NCBI GenBank assembly: GCA_008632985.1
Contig: QPGO01000021.1
Coordinates: 124,001-188,000 of the forward strand
DNA length: 64,000 nt
Direction: 5' to 3'
From: Psammoneis japonica
Lineage: Eukaryota
In this document: positions 39,785-51,260 of the stretch, one piece after another
Layout of the letters: each line of letters starts with the position of its first letter
Numbering within the stretch: the stretch's first letter is position 1
Program-made: the position numbers and the translations under genes
The notes under the pieces: model-generated
Databases searched by the model: none
Told to the model about the DNA's origin: nothing
The model's input: the letters and a program-made list of their open reading frames with translations, nothing else

Positions 39785-40360
39785 TTCGCGTTTTTTTCTC
39801 AGGACCAACTCTGCTACGCGATCCCTCTTTTACTAGAGTACAACACTTCGTCAACGATTGGCCTCGGCGTGAGAGGACCAACTTATAGAACTAAGGCTGC
39901 GATTGTTTAGTAGTATCTGACACCTTATATAGCTGCCGCATCACACCCCAGTTTTTCTGGCCTCTTAACTTCAGTCGCTAGCTGCAGCGCGTTTCACTTT
40001 TTCTAGGACCAACTCTTTTACGCAATCCCTTTGACAACATTCCGTCAACGATTGGCCTCGTCGTGAGAGGACCAACTCAGAAGTAAGGTTGCGATTGTTC
40101 AGTAGTGTCTGACACCTTACATAGCTACCGCATCACACCCGTCTGGCCTGTAACTTCTGTCTCAAGCTGCAGTGCGTTTCACAACATTTTCTAGGACAAA
40201 CTCTGCAGTCCCTTTTCCAACTCCAACGTCTGGCATCGGCGGAAGAAGATCAACTTCACAGAAATCACAAGGCTGCGACTGTTCATTACCGGTAGCAATG
40301 TCTGACACCTTACATAGCTGCCGCATCACACTGGCATCTTCACTTCTGTCTCTAGCTACA
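39785..40360. repeat. Three diverged tandem copies of about 190-200 bp
   Basis: AGGACCAACTC...CGTCAACGATTGGCCTCG..GTGAGAGGACCAACT...TCTGACACCTTAYATAGCTRCCGCATCACAC is repeated. Confidence 0.8.
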
Positions 40361-40490
40361 GTGCCTATAAATATGATGCCTTGCATGTTTACAATGATTT
40401 CTGAAACTTTTGCTTGTTAAACCCTCTTACTACTGCTGGCCAAAGCCAACACTACGACACTCTTGACACGTAAACGGTAGAAACAGGGCC

Positions 40491-41317
40491 TTACTCTTTC
40501 TCTTCGGTTTCTTCTGGTCCAGCTCCATCGGCATCTCCCGATTGGTCCGACGTCCAGAGCGTGAGATTGTCCCTCAAAAGCTGCATAATGAGCGTTGAGT
40601 CCTTGTATGACTCTTCGTTGAGTGTATCAAGCTCGGCAATAGCATCGTCAAATGCCTGCTTGGCAATGTGACAAGCTTGATCAGGAGAATTGAGGATCTC
40701 GTAATAAAACACGCTGAAATTGAGCGCAAGTCCCAACCTAATCGGCTGTTATTGGAGAGGGAAAGCAAGAATGGTTGAGCATAACATTTAACAATCATGC
40801 AAGCGAGTACATCAAGCTTAATAGTACTTGCGTGGGTAGGAGGAAGATCGGACGATGCAATGCCTGACGCTGCCTGGTAAGCATCCAACGCGGCACTGGC
40901 CGACGCCTTGCGGGAGTCTCCCACCTGAAACTCGGACAGATAACGGTGGTAATCGCCCTTCATCTTGTAGTAAAACACCTTGGCTTCTTCCGAAGTGGAA
41001 TTGGGAATCAACGATTCTTCGATAATCCCGAGAATATCGTTACAGATATCCACAAGCTCCGTCTCGATCTTGGCCTTGTAGTCCTTGATGATGGTCAACT
41101 TGTCGGCATCGCCCTTTTGCTCGATCGAGGTCACGACGCGCCACGACGCGCGGCGAGAGCCAATCACATTCTTGTAGGCAACGCTCAGCAAGTTGCGCTC
41201 CTCGACGGTGAGTTCTTGGGGCTGACGAGCCACCTCCTTCATGTCCGTCACCATTTCGTCAAAGCGTTCCGCCTGTTCGGCGAGCTTGGCCTTGTACACA
41301 AGAGAGTCGCGGTCCAT
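40491..41317 (-). CDS. 14-3-3: 14-3-3 protein, 2 exons (GC-AG intron 40831-40746)
   Basis: [57 protein letters not shown] and [19 protein letters not shown]. Confidence 0.97.
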
Positions 41318-41899
41318 GGTTAGTTAGTTTTAGAGAGTAAGTCCGATTGGGATCAATGCAAATGACCGATGTGTGTTGTGATGATGAGCGACGACAGCAA
41401 CAACCTGCTGTCGGTCCATTCTGGTTGTTTCTACGGGGAATTGGTACTATTTCTACGTGGGGCGGATGTGAAGCGAAAGATCGCGCAAGAGCCAAGCCAA
41501 AAAGCTGGTATGTTTCTTCCGTAGCATTCTACGTGAAGGCAGGCATTGAACGGTTCGTGACACACAGAATTCTCAACGAGGAATTTGTACCAAGTCCCAC
41601 GTAGGGTTGGATCGAGCACACGACCTGCTTTCCACGACCAGGCAGACGCGATCGAACAGTCGGGAACAAGGAGTTCATAAATATATTAAGGAATCAATAT
41701 AACATTTTAGTCTGTCATTTTTCAACGGACACAACAAGTCTTGGTCGAACTTATATATTTATTAGATAGTGAATAAAATTAACTAAAATTTGTATATAGC
41801 CTTTATTAAATTTATCTAAGATTAACTAATTCATTTCCCGCCACTTTTGGAACTAATTCAAATTGATCAGACATGGATAATAACGAGGATTGATTATCT

Positions 41900-44800
41900 C
41901 GTTGCAATTGCATTCTGTGTGGCTTTCGCTTCTGCCCGTCCCGCTGTTCGGTTCATGTCTGCGTCCATCCAGTTCAGGTCTTCCACTGTTCCGCGGTGTG
42001 CGTTCGCCTGTTGAAGTCCCGAAGCTGCCACAATCTGTGGACTCTTCTGTTCTGTCTCATTCACTCCTGCACATTGCTCATGTCCACTCCTGGTTGCTTG
42101 TTTGTTCTGTGTCCTCTTTTTTGCCATGCCAGTGCTGCGACTGTGCTGCCTTGGGGGCTCCTGCATTCTGTGTGGCTTTTGCTTCGTGGAAGCTCTGCCT
42201 GTCCCTGCTGTGCGGCTGTCTGCATCCAGCCAGCTCAACTCCCATTGTTGTGTGCTCCTGCAAATTGCTCATGTCCACACCTGGTTGTGTGTTTTGTGTC
42301 CTCTTTTTTGCCATGCCAGCACTGCCGCTGTGCTTGGCTGCTGGCACTGCGCTCTCGTTCTCTGGGGCTGCTCTTCCAGCAACCTCTCACAGCCCAGTCT
42401 GGCTCGTCAACATTGCAGTCAACCAGTTTTCATGTTTTCCACTCTTCACATTTTTCACTCCTGCACGCAGACAAAGCATTGTCAAAAGGGTGATCATCAT
42501 CAGCAGAGTCATCATCACGAGCGCCATGCTGCAATGCCCTTCCCAATGGGGGGTCATTTTTCCAGCTGCACAGCAGCCACGTTTTTGCTCTGCCATGTGG
42601 GGCTTGTGTGCTGGCTGTGCATCATTGTCGCAGCTGTTGTCATTGTCATTTTGTCAGGGTGGGTCCACTAAAACTGCCAGATGATGCAAAAAGCAAAAAA
42701 TTGTGAACAAAATTTTGCTGCAATGACCCGACTGAACAAACAAAAATTTTGGAGCAAACGGACTTGAACAATGTCAAATGGGGCATGATCACAATTAAAA
42801 GCTGCAGGCTGAAATTGTTGTGCTTGTTGGAAAACAGCTTCAGCATGGGGAAAAAGGAGGTGACAAATGATGAAACAAAAAAGGCGCATCTGTCAGCCTG
42901 TCTGTCCTGTGATGGACAGATTGTGCGTGGATGACAACCAGACCATTTGGGCAGACAAGCAGATCTCTCTGAGATCTGCCTCTCACTTCTTTCTGCCAGC
43001 ACTCGTGTTGTCACAGTCCCAGTGCTCAGGGAGTCTATCTGTCACACCACTGTCCTCATTGACCTTCAGTGTTTTGTCAGGTTGTGGCCTTGCACTGTGC
43101 CGCTGAACTCTGCACCATGCGCTTTCTGCTTTTTGATTCATTTGTTTTGTGAGCCGATTGAGCAAGCCTCATCTTTGTTCCTGAAACAACTTTTTTCTTG
43201 CTTTCCTGGAAATTTTCACGTTTGTAGAAACATGCCAGATTTCCACGTGTGCATGACCAAAAATGTTTTCACCAAGTAAAACCATGGCGCCTCCCTGCCT
43301 TGCAAAGGCCGCTCCCACATCCATTGCCAAGATCTGTTGTGAATTCCAAGCACATGCAACAACAACACATCTCCACGCATGCTTGAACAAGATCTGCACG
43401 GATTCCACATTCAATCTGGACCCGTTCTTTGAAGATCCAGAGCATGCTCAACCCAAGAAGAATGTTGCGGACTTGCTTTGTGACTGCTTTGTCTCAATCA
43501 AGTGTTTTCACATCATCCCTGTCCTTTGGATTGATCTGCACTGTCTTCTGGATGACCAGACCATTTAGATGTGGATGAGCAGATCATCTGCCTCTCACTT
43601 CTTTCTGCTGGCACTCGTGTTGTCACAGCCCCAGTGCCAAGGGAGTCTGTCATGCTGCTGCCATGTCCTCATTGACCTTTGGTGTTCTGTCAGCATTGCA
43701 TGAACAGAGCAGGGTGGATTGGCATGTGGGGCGTCTGTGCAGAGCACACGTGGGAGGGAAGACCACTGGAAAAAATTGGGTCAATGTGTCTGTTGCGTGT
43801 GGAAGAAGACAAATTAAATCAACAGAGCATTGATTGAATTTGAGCTGGTGGCACAAGCCATGCAGGTGATGCTGGAGTTATGAGAGGTGGTGTGAGAACA
43901 ATGAGGGTCAGTCAAATTTAATTGGGGGGGGGGCACCCCTCATTTGATGAACAGAAACCTTGCGGATTGGTGCGCAACCCTCATCAAACCTGCCTCTGAT
44001 GGTGGCCATCACAAGAAGGTCATTTTGTCAGCTGCACAGCCACATTTTCACTCTGCCACATGCAGTGCTTTTGCCAGCTGTGGTGCACCGCTGTTGTTGC
44101 CATTGCCAAAGTTGTTTTGTCAGGGTCCAGTGTGACATGTGGCTGTGTGCTGCCATTGCTGTCATTTGCACACTGTCTGTGTCATTGTTGCTTCTTCCAC
44201 TGCCTGCTGCATCACTGCCAATCTTCAAACACCACCAGCCCCTTGTTGTCAGAGTTTTGCAGTGCTCAATTTGACACACCTGATCAATGACTTCTTTTTC
44301 AGCATGGGCAGTGAAGTGATTCCCAGGTGTTGGATTTGCAGCTGACTCTGCACCAGGCAGCTGAGCTGCTTGGAAAGCAACACCCACCACTTTGCACATG
44401 TGTTTCCAGCCTGACAGAAGAAAGAGGATGGCCTGGGCTCCAACAGTCTGTGGCTTCATGCTGGTGTTCTGTGTCCCTTGTGGGGGGTCTGCACCCATGG
44501 GCTGATCTCAAGTTGACAGGAGTGGCTGGGGGGTGGTGCAGCCAATTTTCATGCATGGGAGACAACACTGGAGCAAGGGGTGTGCTTCTCAAAGACCCCT
44601 CTCTTTGCTGTGAAGCAACTGTCAGTCACAAAGCTGCAATTTCAACTCTCTGCTGGGAACGCCACAGCACTGTCAATGCCATTCATCATGTCAGTCATGT
44701 CCACTCACGTTCTTTTGTTCCATCATCTGTTTTGGGCTCTCCTGCTCAATCTGGGTCAATGGGCAGGCTCTGTGACTCAGTGCATGCTGTGATTGGGGGG

Positions 44801-45450
44801 AACGTCCAGCCCCTCTGGTTCTTGGCTGACCATGACCCCAATGGAAAATGGGGTTTTTCGACACATTTAAAAAGGAATTGGTCCCACAGCTTTTTTCACT
44901 CTCCTCCTTGCACCAATCAACGACACCGTCCTGAACATGGTGGGGTTTGGTTTCAAACAAACAGGGTCGGAACAAGGAGATAAATCGCGTTTCATGCAAA
45001 TGATGACGTTTTTAAAAATGTGAGGTCAACATTTCAATTTAGAGTTGTGCGAAGAAAAGCAGAGCGCACTTTTAGAAGTCAATGCATTCCAAAACTGTCC
45101 TTTTCAATTTCCTTCAGCATGAAGTGTGCATGGCTTCTATCATGGTGTTGTCTTCTGTTTCTCACGAAACATGTTCAGGTGTCATTGGTTGGTTTCATGC
45201 CGTGCCTTGCATGGTTCGTAATTGTCCTTGGCGAGTGCATGCAAAGAGAGCAATTCCGGCAAGCGCGCATCTGTCACTTGCGTTTCCTTTTGCTTTTCTG
45301 AGTTCAACCGTCGTAATTGATCCTTTTCGTCTTGCAATTCTTTTGCGGCTTGATCAAACTTTGCCTTTGCCTTCATCATTTCGTCATGAGCCACGTCGGT
45401 GGCACGCTGCAACTTTTCAATCTTGTCTTGCATCCTTCAAAATGATGCAA
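41900..45450. other. TpA-depleted hypermutated domain D with internal repeats
   Basis: TA is nearly absent. Tandem units at 41909-42340 and direct repeats at about 42930-43080 and 43551-43692. Confidence 0.85.
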
Positions 45451-45465
45451 TTTGGCTGGCAGGCC
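45140..45465 (-). pseudogene. Small coiled-coil protein pseudogene at the edge of domain D
   Basis: PASQIASF*RMQDKIEKLQ...DARLPELL...NYEPCKARHETNQ*HLNMFREKQK. The two in-frame TGA codons are compatible with CGA->TGA, and C/H residues stand where Y is plausible. Confidence 0.5.
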
Positions 45466-46083
45466 TAAATGCGTTTTAGATGGGGACAAGGTGACAAGTG
45501 GCGTGGACGAGGAGGTTGCATGTGCGGTTCACTGAATCTAAAGGAGCGCCAAGTCTCAGCAACTGCAACACCGTCACACAATGGAATCTCTACTCTACTC
45601 TAGTCTACTGCGGCACTGCGTGGCAGCACGAGCACCGCAGGGTCGCGGATTCAGTCGCGAATTGAGCTGTTGTCAGTTGTCAAGGCTCCTACTACGGTAT
45701 CTGCGGGCTGAAATCTGGACACGGGTCAAAATCAACGATGGACAACGCACTCAACACACAACGCAACGCGGCGAAACCATGATGTGATCCTCTCGCCTTT
45801 TGTGCATGCACCGTCTAACAGTGTTCATCAGTGAAGATCCGACAGTACATCCAAAACTTGGGAGATGTTGCAGATGATGCGAGAAAAGATAGCCCCTCAA
45901 TAAAACCTGCAGGCAAGGTAACGATAGCAGTAGAGAAACGACTTGAAGACTAAACAGATAACTAATTTTGTTTGATATATGCACTCCAAATAGAAACCAC
46001 TGGAATGAATCGATAATCCTACGACTTCAATCACTATCGGCTTCGGAAGCGCAACATATGTATCCTAAGGCGAAAGACGGGGC

Positions 46084-47244
46084 TCAGTAGTAGGGACAAA
46101 GATTCTTCTTGCACGGGCCACCCTTGAATGTGCCTCCCTTCTTCCAGCACTTAGACTCGGGGAAAATCCTGCACTTGCCATTCTTCAAGCAACAGGCACC
46201 AGCAAGAGGACAGGTGTTCCTCGTGCAAACGGTATTAAATCCGGCGAAGTCTCCCTTCTTGAAGGCACAGAACTTGGGTTTGGTGACAATACAAGAATTA
46301 TCCTTCAAACAGCATGCGCCATAGGCGGCGGGGCAGGTCTTCGGGGTACATTTAGTGCCTTCTCCCTCAAACCAGCCTCCAAGCCTGAGGCACTTGTTCC
46401 TCTTGAGAACCTTGCAAAGACCTTTGCTAGCAAAGCAGCACGCACCGGTAGCACCCGGCGTTGTAGTAGCGACAGGAGGTGGGGTCGGAGGAGAGACAGT
46501 TGGGGGGCACTTGGTACCTAGTCCCTTGAATTTTCCCCTGAGCTCTACGTTTGTGCAGACTCCTTCTCGTACCTCGACACAAAATGGAGCGCCATTCTTC
46601 ACAATGAAGCATGCGCCAGTGTTGAGCGTAGGAGCTGGAGTAGGAGCAAGCTGACAGATGTCTTCGGTGGAGCACTTGGTACCTAATCCAATGAACCTTC
46701 CGTTGAGAACTGAGTTGGTGCAGACTCCGCGTACAACCTCGACGCATTTTTCATGGCCCTTCTTAACAATACAGCAGGCGCCAGTGTTGAGCGTAGGAGC
46801 TGGAGTAGGAGCAAGCTGGCAGATGTCTTCGGTAGAGCACTTGGTTCCCAATCCAATGAACCTTCCGTTGAGAACTGAGTTGGTACAGGCTCCGCGTACA
46901 ACCTCGACGCATTTTTCATGGCCGTTCTTAACAATACAGCAGGCGCCAGTGTTGAGCGTAGGAGCTGGAGTAGGAGCAAGCTGGCAGATGTCTTCGGTAG
47001 AGCACTTGGTACCCAATCCAACGAACCTTCCGTTGAGAACTGAGTTGGTACAGACTCCGCTTACAACTTCGACGCATTTTTCATGGCCATTCTTCACAAT
47101 ACAGCACGCGCCTGTGTTGAGCGTAGGAGCTGGAGTAGGTACCTCGTGTCCAATCAGCTCCCTTCCGCTGTCATCCAAGCCGTCAACGGCCGCAACGGAT
47201 ACAACGTACAGAGTACTCAAAATCGATGCGAATGCAAACTTCAT
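46084..47244 (-). CDS. Secreted cysteine-rich protein with 55-aa tandem 'GACC' modules
   Basis: Signal peptide MKFAFASILSTLYVVSVAA. A 165-bp repeat is anchored at 46621, 46786, 46951 and 47116, followed by three shorter GACC units. Confidence 0.85.
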   Translation of the reverse strand: MKFAFASILSTLYVVSVAAVDGLDDSGRELIGHEVPTPAPTLNTGACCIVKNGHEKCVEVVSGVCTNSVLNGRFVGLGTKCSTEDICQLAPTPAPTLNTGACCIVKNGHEKCVEVVRGACTNSVLNGRFIGLGTKCSTEDICQLAPTPAPTLNTGACCIVKKGHEKCVEVVRGVCTNSVLNGRFIGLGTKCSTEDICQLAPTPAPTLNTGACFIVKNGAPFCVEVREGVCTNVELRGKFKGLGTKCPPTVSPPTPPPVATTTPGATGACCFASKGLCKVLKRNKCLRLGGWFEGEGTKCTPKTCPAAYGACCLKDNSCIVTKPKFCAFKKGDFAGFNTVCTRNTCPLAGACCLKNGKCRIFPESKCWKKGGTFKGGPCKKNLCPYY

Positions 47245-48226
47245 CTTAGCGAATTCGTTGTTGTCACTGTGTTGGGGATCGAGAATCGATTTTGTGAGAA
47301 CAAAAAAGTGATAAGTGATCTGCGTCGATTGATGGTAGAGACGGCGCTACGTACGTACAGTCGTACGGCAACATGGCTGGTATAAAATATGTCTTCAGAT
47401 AATTGTTTTTGTCTACCGAAGGTTGTGTAGATTGGACTTTTCATCTAGATCATAAATGTTACAGGCATTAATTGTATAATTATAAAGACTCTTTATGACG
47501 TAATTGTAACCAACAAGGTATGTCCCGACATTTTTCGCGTCTTTTGATTGGCTGACAAAAGAGTCAGATCAAGAATCATTCAGATTTATCAACATATTCA
47601 TGACAATAGATTGGATATTTTGTCTGAAAATGAAGAAGACAAAAGCCTTCGAGGTCGACTTTCTCTTGATGGAGGGCACACAAAAGGAGACCTGCATGGA
47701 CAGCAATAACAACTGCAGTCATTACAAAGTGTTCTTACATAAATGCTTTCTGAAAGCAACATTTATTGGGCTATACCGCACCATATTGTTGTACTTCATT
47801 ATATAATATCACCGAGCGATCTTGTCCATGTGCCACGATGGCACGATCGAACACCAAGATGCCACGATAAACTTTCCCTGAAAGAGACACCGAACCAACG
47901 CTTTTCTCTTGCACCGTCCGCTTTTTTGTCCCGTTTTAGGATATCTCTACGGTCCAGTGATGGTATTGTAGAGTGAACGCAGTCGTGGCTGTTCTACTAC
48001 ATCATGGTTCGGACTGACAACGTACTGTACCCCATGCTCGAGTCATTTGACATCAGCAGTTTCTCTTCTACGGTTTGTATAACTCTATGTTGTATCAAAA
48101 TCACTGGATTTGTCTCTACTAAACGAGCCCACCTTTCACATACTAAATAGTCTCGCTCTACTGTAGAGCGAAAGTTGTTTACTTCTTCAAAGTCACCTTC
48201 TTCTTTCTTCTTCTATCTACTTTATT

Positions 48227-50437
48227 TTATGCAACTGCGGCACACTCCGGGTGGCACTTGGCAAGCGCGTACATCTCAAAGCTGTTGATAACAAGGACGT
48301 CATCGTTATCACCAAGACGTCGGTGCATGCGCAACGCTTCGCTCATGCATTCCATAAACCTGGCCACATTGTTCGTCTGCAGATAAAAGTTACCTAGCAC
48401 TGCCCAACTTTCGGCGAGGCTGTGATCAGCCTCTGTTTTGCATCGTTTACAATTCAGTTCGTGCGCTTCTTCGAACAATGATAGGGCCTTGTCCCACTCT
48501 CCTCGTTGTCTATATACTGATCCAAGATGCGCAATGGTAGAGATAACTTCCTCGTCATCGTCGCCCAACGATGAGCGCTGAAGGCGCAGGGCTTCATTGT
48601 AGCAACGAATAGCGTTGTCGTCTTCGCCTAAAACAATGTGTACAGTCCCCATGTTATACCACACAAGAGCATTATCGAGGTGATCTTTACCGAGTAGCTG
48701 AATTCGAAGTCGCAGCGCTTCTTGAAATGTATCAAGTGCAGCCGCGAAGGCCCGTTGCTTGTACAAGACAGTCCCTATCGCCTTGAGAGTCGTCGTCACA
48801 TCAAAATGTTCGTCACCGTAATGATGACGGCGTATTCGTAACACTTCTTGATATGTGTCAAAGGCAACATCCAGATCGTTCATGTTTGAGTAAATTAACG
48901 CCATTTGGTTCAGAGTTGCAGCCACTTCGAGATCATCCTTGCCAAATACTTCAAGCTGGGCGTCGAGCAGCTGCTTGTACGTCTTGAGCGCCTTGTCGTT
49001 GTTATTCTGCAGTTTGTAAATCTGAGCAATGCTGGCAATCGTCACCATTGTGTTACGATTGTAGGTGGGAAAGATTTCCGTTTCAATCTCGACTCCTTGC
49101 TGGTAATTTTCCAGGGCCTTGTCAAAGTCGCCCATGGAGCAAGCCAGGTTCCCAATCTTATGGAGAATGGACGAGACCTCAACATGTTTCTTCCCATACG
49201 CATGCTTTGTGCACTCCAACGCTTGCTCAAAGCCCTGCATAGCCTTTTCATGGTCGCCGTTCTCTTGATGGATCTCCGAAAGGAACCGAAGTACAATAGC
49301 AATGTCTCGGTGCTTCTCTCCTAGCTGAGGCTGCGCAATCTCTAAGAAGCGTTCGTACAAATCCATGGAGCGATCAAGCTCGCCCATTCGATGGTAAGTC
49401 TGTCCCATATTGTACACAGTGACAGCGACATCAATGTGATTACGGCCAAGCACCGTCTCGCGAATAGCAAGCACTTCCTTGTAACTCTTGAGGGCAGTCT
49501 CATATTCTCGTCGGGAGTAGTGCACCCTCCCCATATTGTTCATCACCGTTGCTACTTGTTTGTTATTGCGGAATCCTTCTGCTTTACGCAACGTGTCAAG
49601 ACTCCAAGAGAACAACTCGAGCACTTCTTTTGGATCCACAATCGAAGTATGAAACATGAGGACACCAATGCAGTTGCGTGTCTTGGCCACAATATCATCC
49701 GACATGCCGAGTGAAAGAGCTCCATCCATGCCGAGCTGATAAGATTCCATTGCTTGATTGTATCTTCCAAGACGATAATGGCAGTGTCCGATATTGTGAA
49801 GAAGCATCACGTCGTTGAGATTGCCAGAGGCAAGTCCGGCGAGAGCATCACGCGAGCGTTCAAAATATTCTCGAGCTTGATCGTACTCTTGCTTTTGAAC
49901 ATGGGTCTGACCTAGATTGTACATGAGCGTCGCGTCAATCAGTTTGCGCTGGCTGCAAGCATAGCTTAGATGAACAGGTTCTGAAAACACGTGCATCCCC
50001 TCGTCATATTCTTCCCGTTGATAGACGTACGAATCACGCGGCTCACAATCAGATGATGCCGCCGAAGATGCGTCGGAAGAATCATCCAAAGAAGATGTTA
50101 CGGCAGTTTCAGTGGAAACATGGCAATGGTGACGTTGTCGACGACGAAACAATCTCTTTGCCGAAAACACGCGGGATCGTTCGTTCTTGATGTTTTTTGG
50201 TTTGTTGGACGATGTATCACGTCGCTCTTGCTCGCCTCTACCGTCACGCGACTTGAGCAATGCTTGAGAGAAGAACAAATTAGCCTGATGAGTTTGGCCC
50301 TGCTTCAATAGAGTCGAGCCATTATTGTTCAAGAATGCAACACTCGGTTGGTCATCAGAATGTCTGCACTCAGCAGCAGTATTCTTTAGGCGGCGTCGGC
50401 GATTTGGAAGAGACGTTATGAAATGTTTCGTTGGCAT
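48227..50437 (-). CDS. TPR-repeat protein (kinesin light chain/nephrocystin-3-like repeats)
   Basis: Intronless 736 aa ORF with serial 42-aa TPRs (H.DVA.T.YNMG) and C-terminus HPECAAVA. Confidence 0.9.
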   Translation of the reverse strand: MPTKHFITSLPNRRRRLKNTAAECRHSDDQPSVAFLNNNGSTLLKQGQTHQANLFFSQALLKSRDGRGEQERRDTSSNKPKNIKNERSRVFSAKRLFRRRQRHHCHVSTETAVTSSLDDSSDASSAASSDCEPRDSYVYQREEYDEGMHVFSEPVHLSYACSQRKLIDATLMYNLGQTHVQKQEYDQAREYFERSRDALAGLASGNLNDVMLLHNIGHCHYRLGRYNQAMESYQLGMDGALSLGMSDDIVAKTRNCIGVLMFHTSIVDPKEVLELFSWSLDTLRKAEGFRNNKQVATVMNNMGRVHYSRREYETALKSYKEVLAIRETVLGRNHIDVAVTVYNMGQTYHRMGELDRSMDLYERFLEIAQPQLGEKHRDIAIVLRFLSEIHQENGDHEKAMQGFEQALECTKHAYGKKHVEVSSILHKIGNLACSMGDFDKALENYQQGVEIETEIFPTYNRNTMVTIASIAQIYKLQNNNDKALKTYKQLLDAQLEVFGKDDLEVAATLNQMALIYSNMNDLDVAFDTYQEVLRIRRHHYGDEHFDVTTTLKAIGTVLYKQRAFAAALDTFQEALRLRIQLLGKDHLDNALVWYNMGTVHIVLGEDDNAIRCYNEALRLQRSSLGDDDEEVISTIAHLGSVYRQRGEWDKALSLFEEAHELNCKRCKTEADHSLAESWAVLGNFYLQTNNVARFMECMSEALRMHRRLGDNDDVLVINSFEMYALAKCHPECAAVA

Positions 50438-51260
50438 TATTCTCTCTTTTTGCTTGGTGGGTCGCGACTTTTTGTGTGCTACAAAGACAAACTATTCTTC
50501 GACTTGATTCGACAGCGTGTATACTCATTCAATGAGAGGACGGGTCGGAGAGTAACACAACCTTGCGTCGGTCCCGCTTTCACGTGTGATTAATCTGGAT
50601 TGATGTTCTCCAATGAATGCGATGTTTTTGCTGTCTGTGCTGTTGCGTTCAATCGATGGACTGCGACACGCGACACATCATACAACAGGCCACGCACGCG
50701 CCACCAAAAACCATGACTGCATACTGAAGAGACGTAGATTTTACGTGAGATGTATTATTTTTAAACGTGGATGGTCGTGGAGATTTAAACATCGAATAAA
50801 TAATAGAAACGTGAAATGACCGCTCAAAAGTCACAACATGTTTCGAGATAGATACACTAAATAATACGATACTCTACATCTTTTCTACTTGAATCTACGT
50901 TCTCGAGTGAGATCAAAAAGTCTGCATGGACATTAATAATGAAATAAAGTTCTTAGGACTGATTTTCTGTCTGACTATAATTATCGTCCTTGTATCCTAT
51001 CCACAAGATGAAGTACCGGACTGTTACGTGGATTAGTCGTGAAAAGTTTATCCGAAATCGACGGACTTTCTTCTATGTCTGAAATGTGTCACACAAATGT
51101 CTCCTTTTCTCCGGTCATGTTTTTCGAAATCTGAAATCTTGCCTGCGACCCCGACCGCCCGATCGAGTCCGATTGTTATTATTTGTGCTGCGTGCTTGCT
51201 TCGTTACTACGTAGGGTGGCGTGATTTGTGTTCACTTTTTTGTAGTCGCAGTTGTTCACT

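Noticed and set aside
39250..40360. CRISPR-like array
   Set aside because: The units are long diverged tandem copies without unique spacers, there are no cas genes, and the context is eukaryotic.
43100..43560. Possible P-element/THAP9-like transposase C-terminal fragment
   Set aside because: The resemblance is too weak to support by eye.
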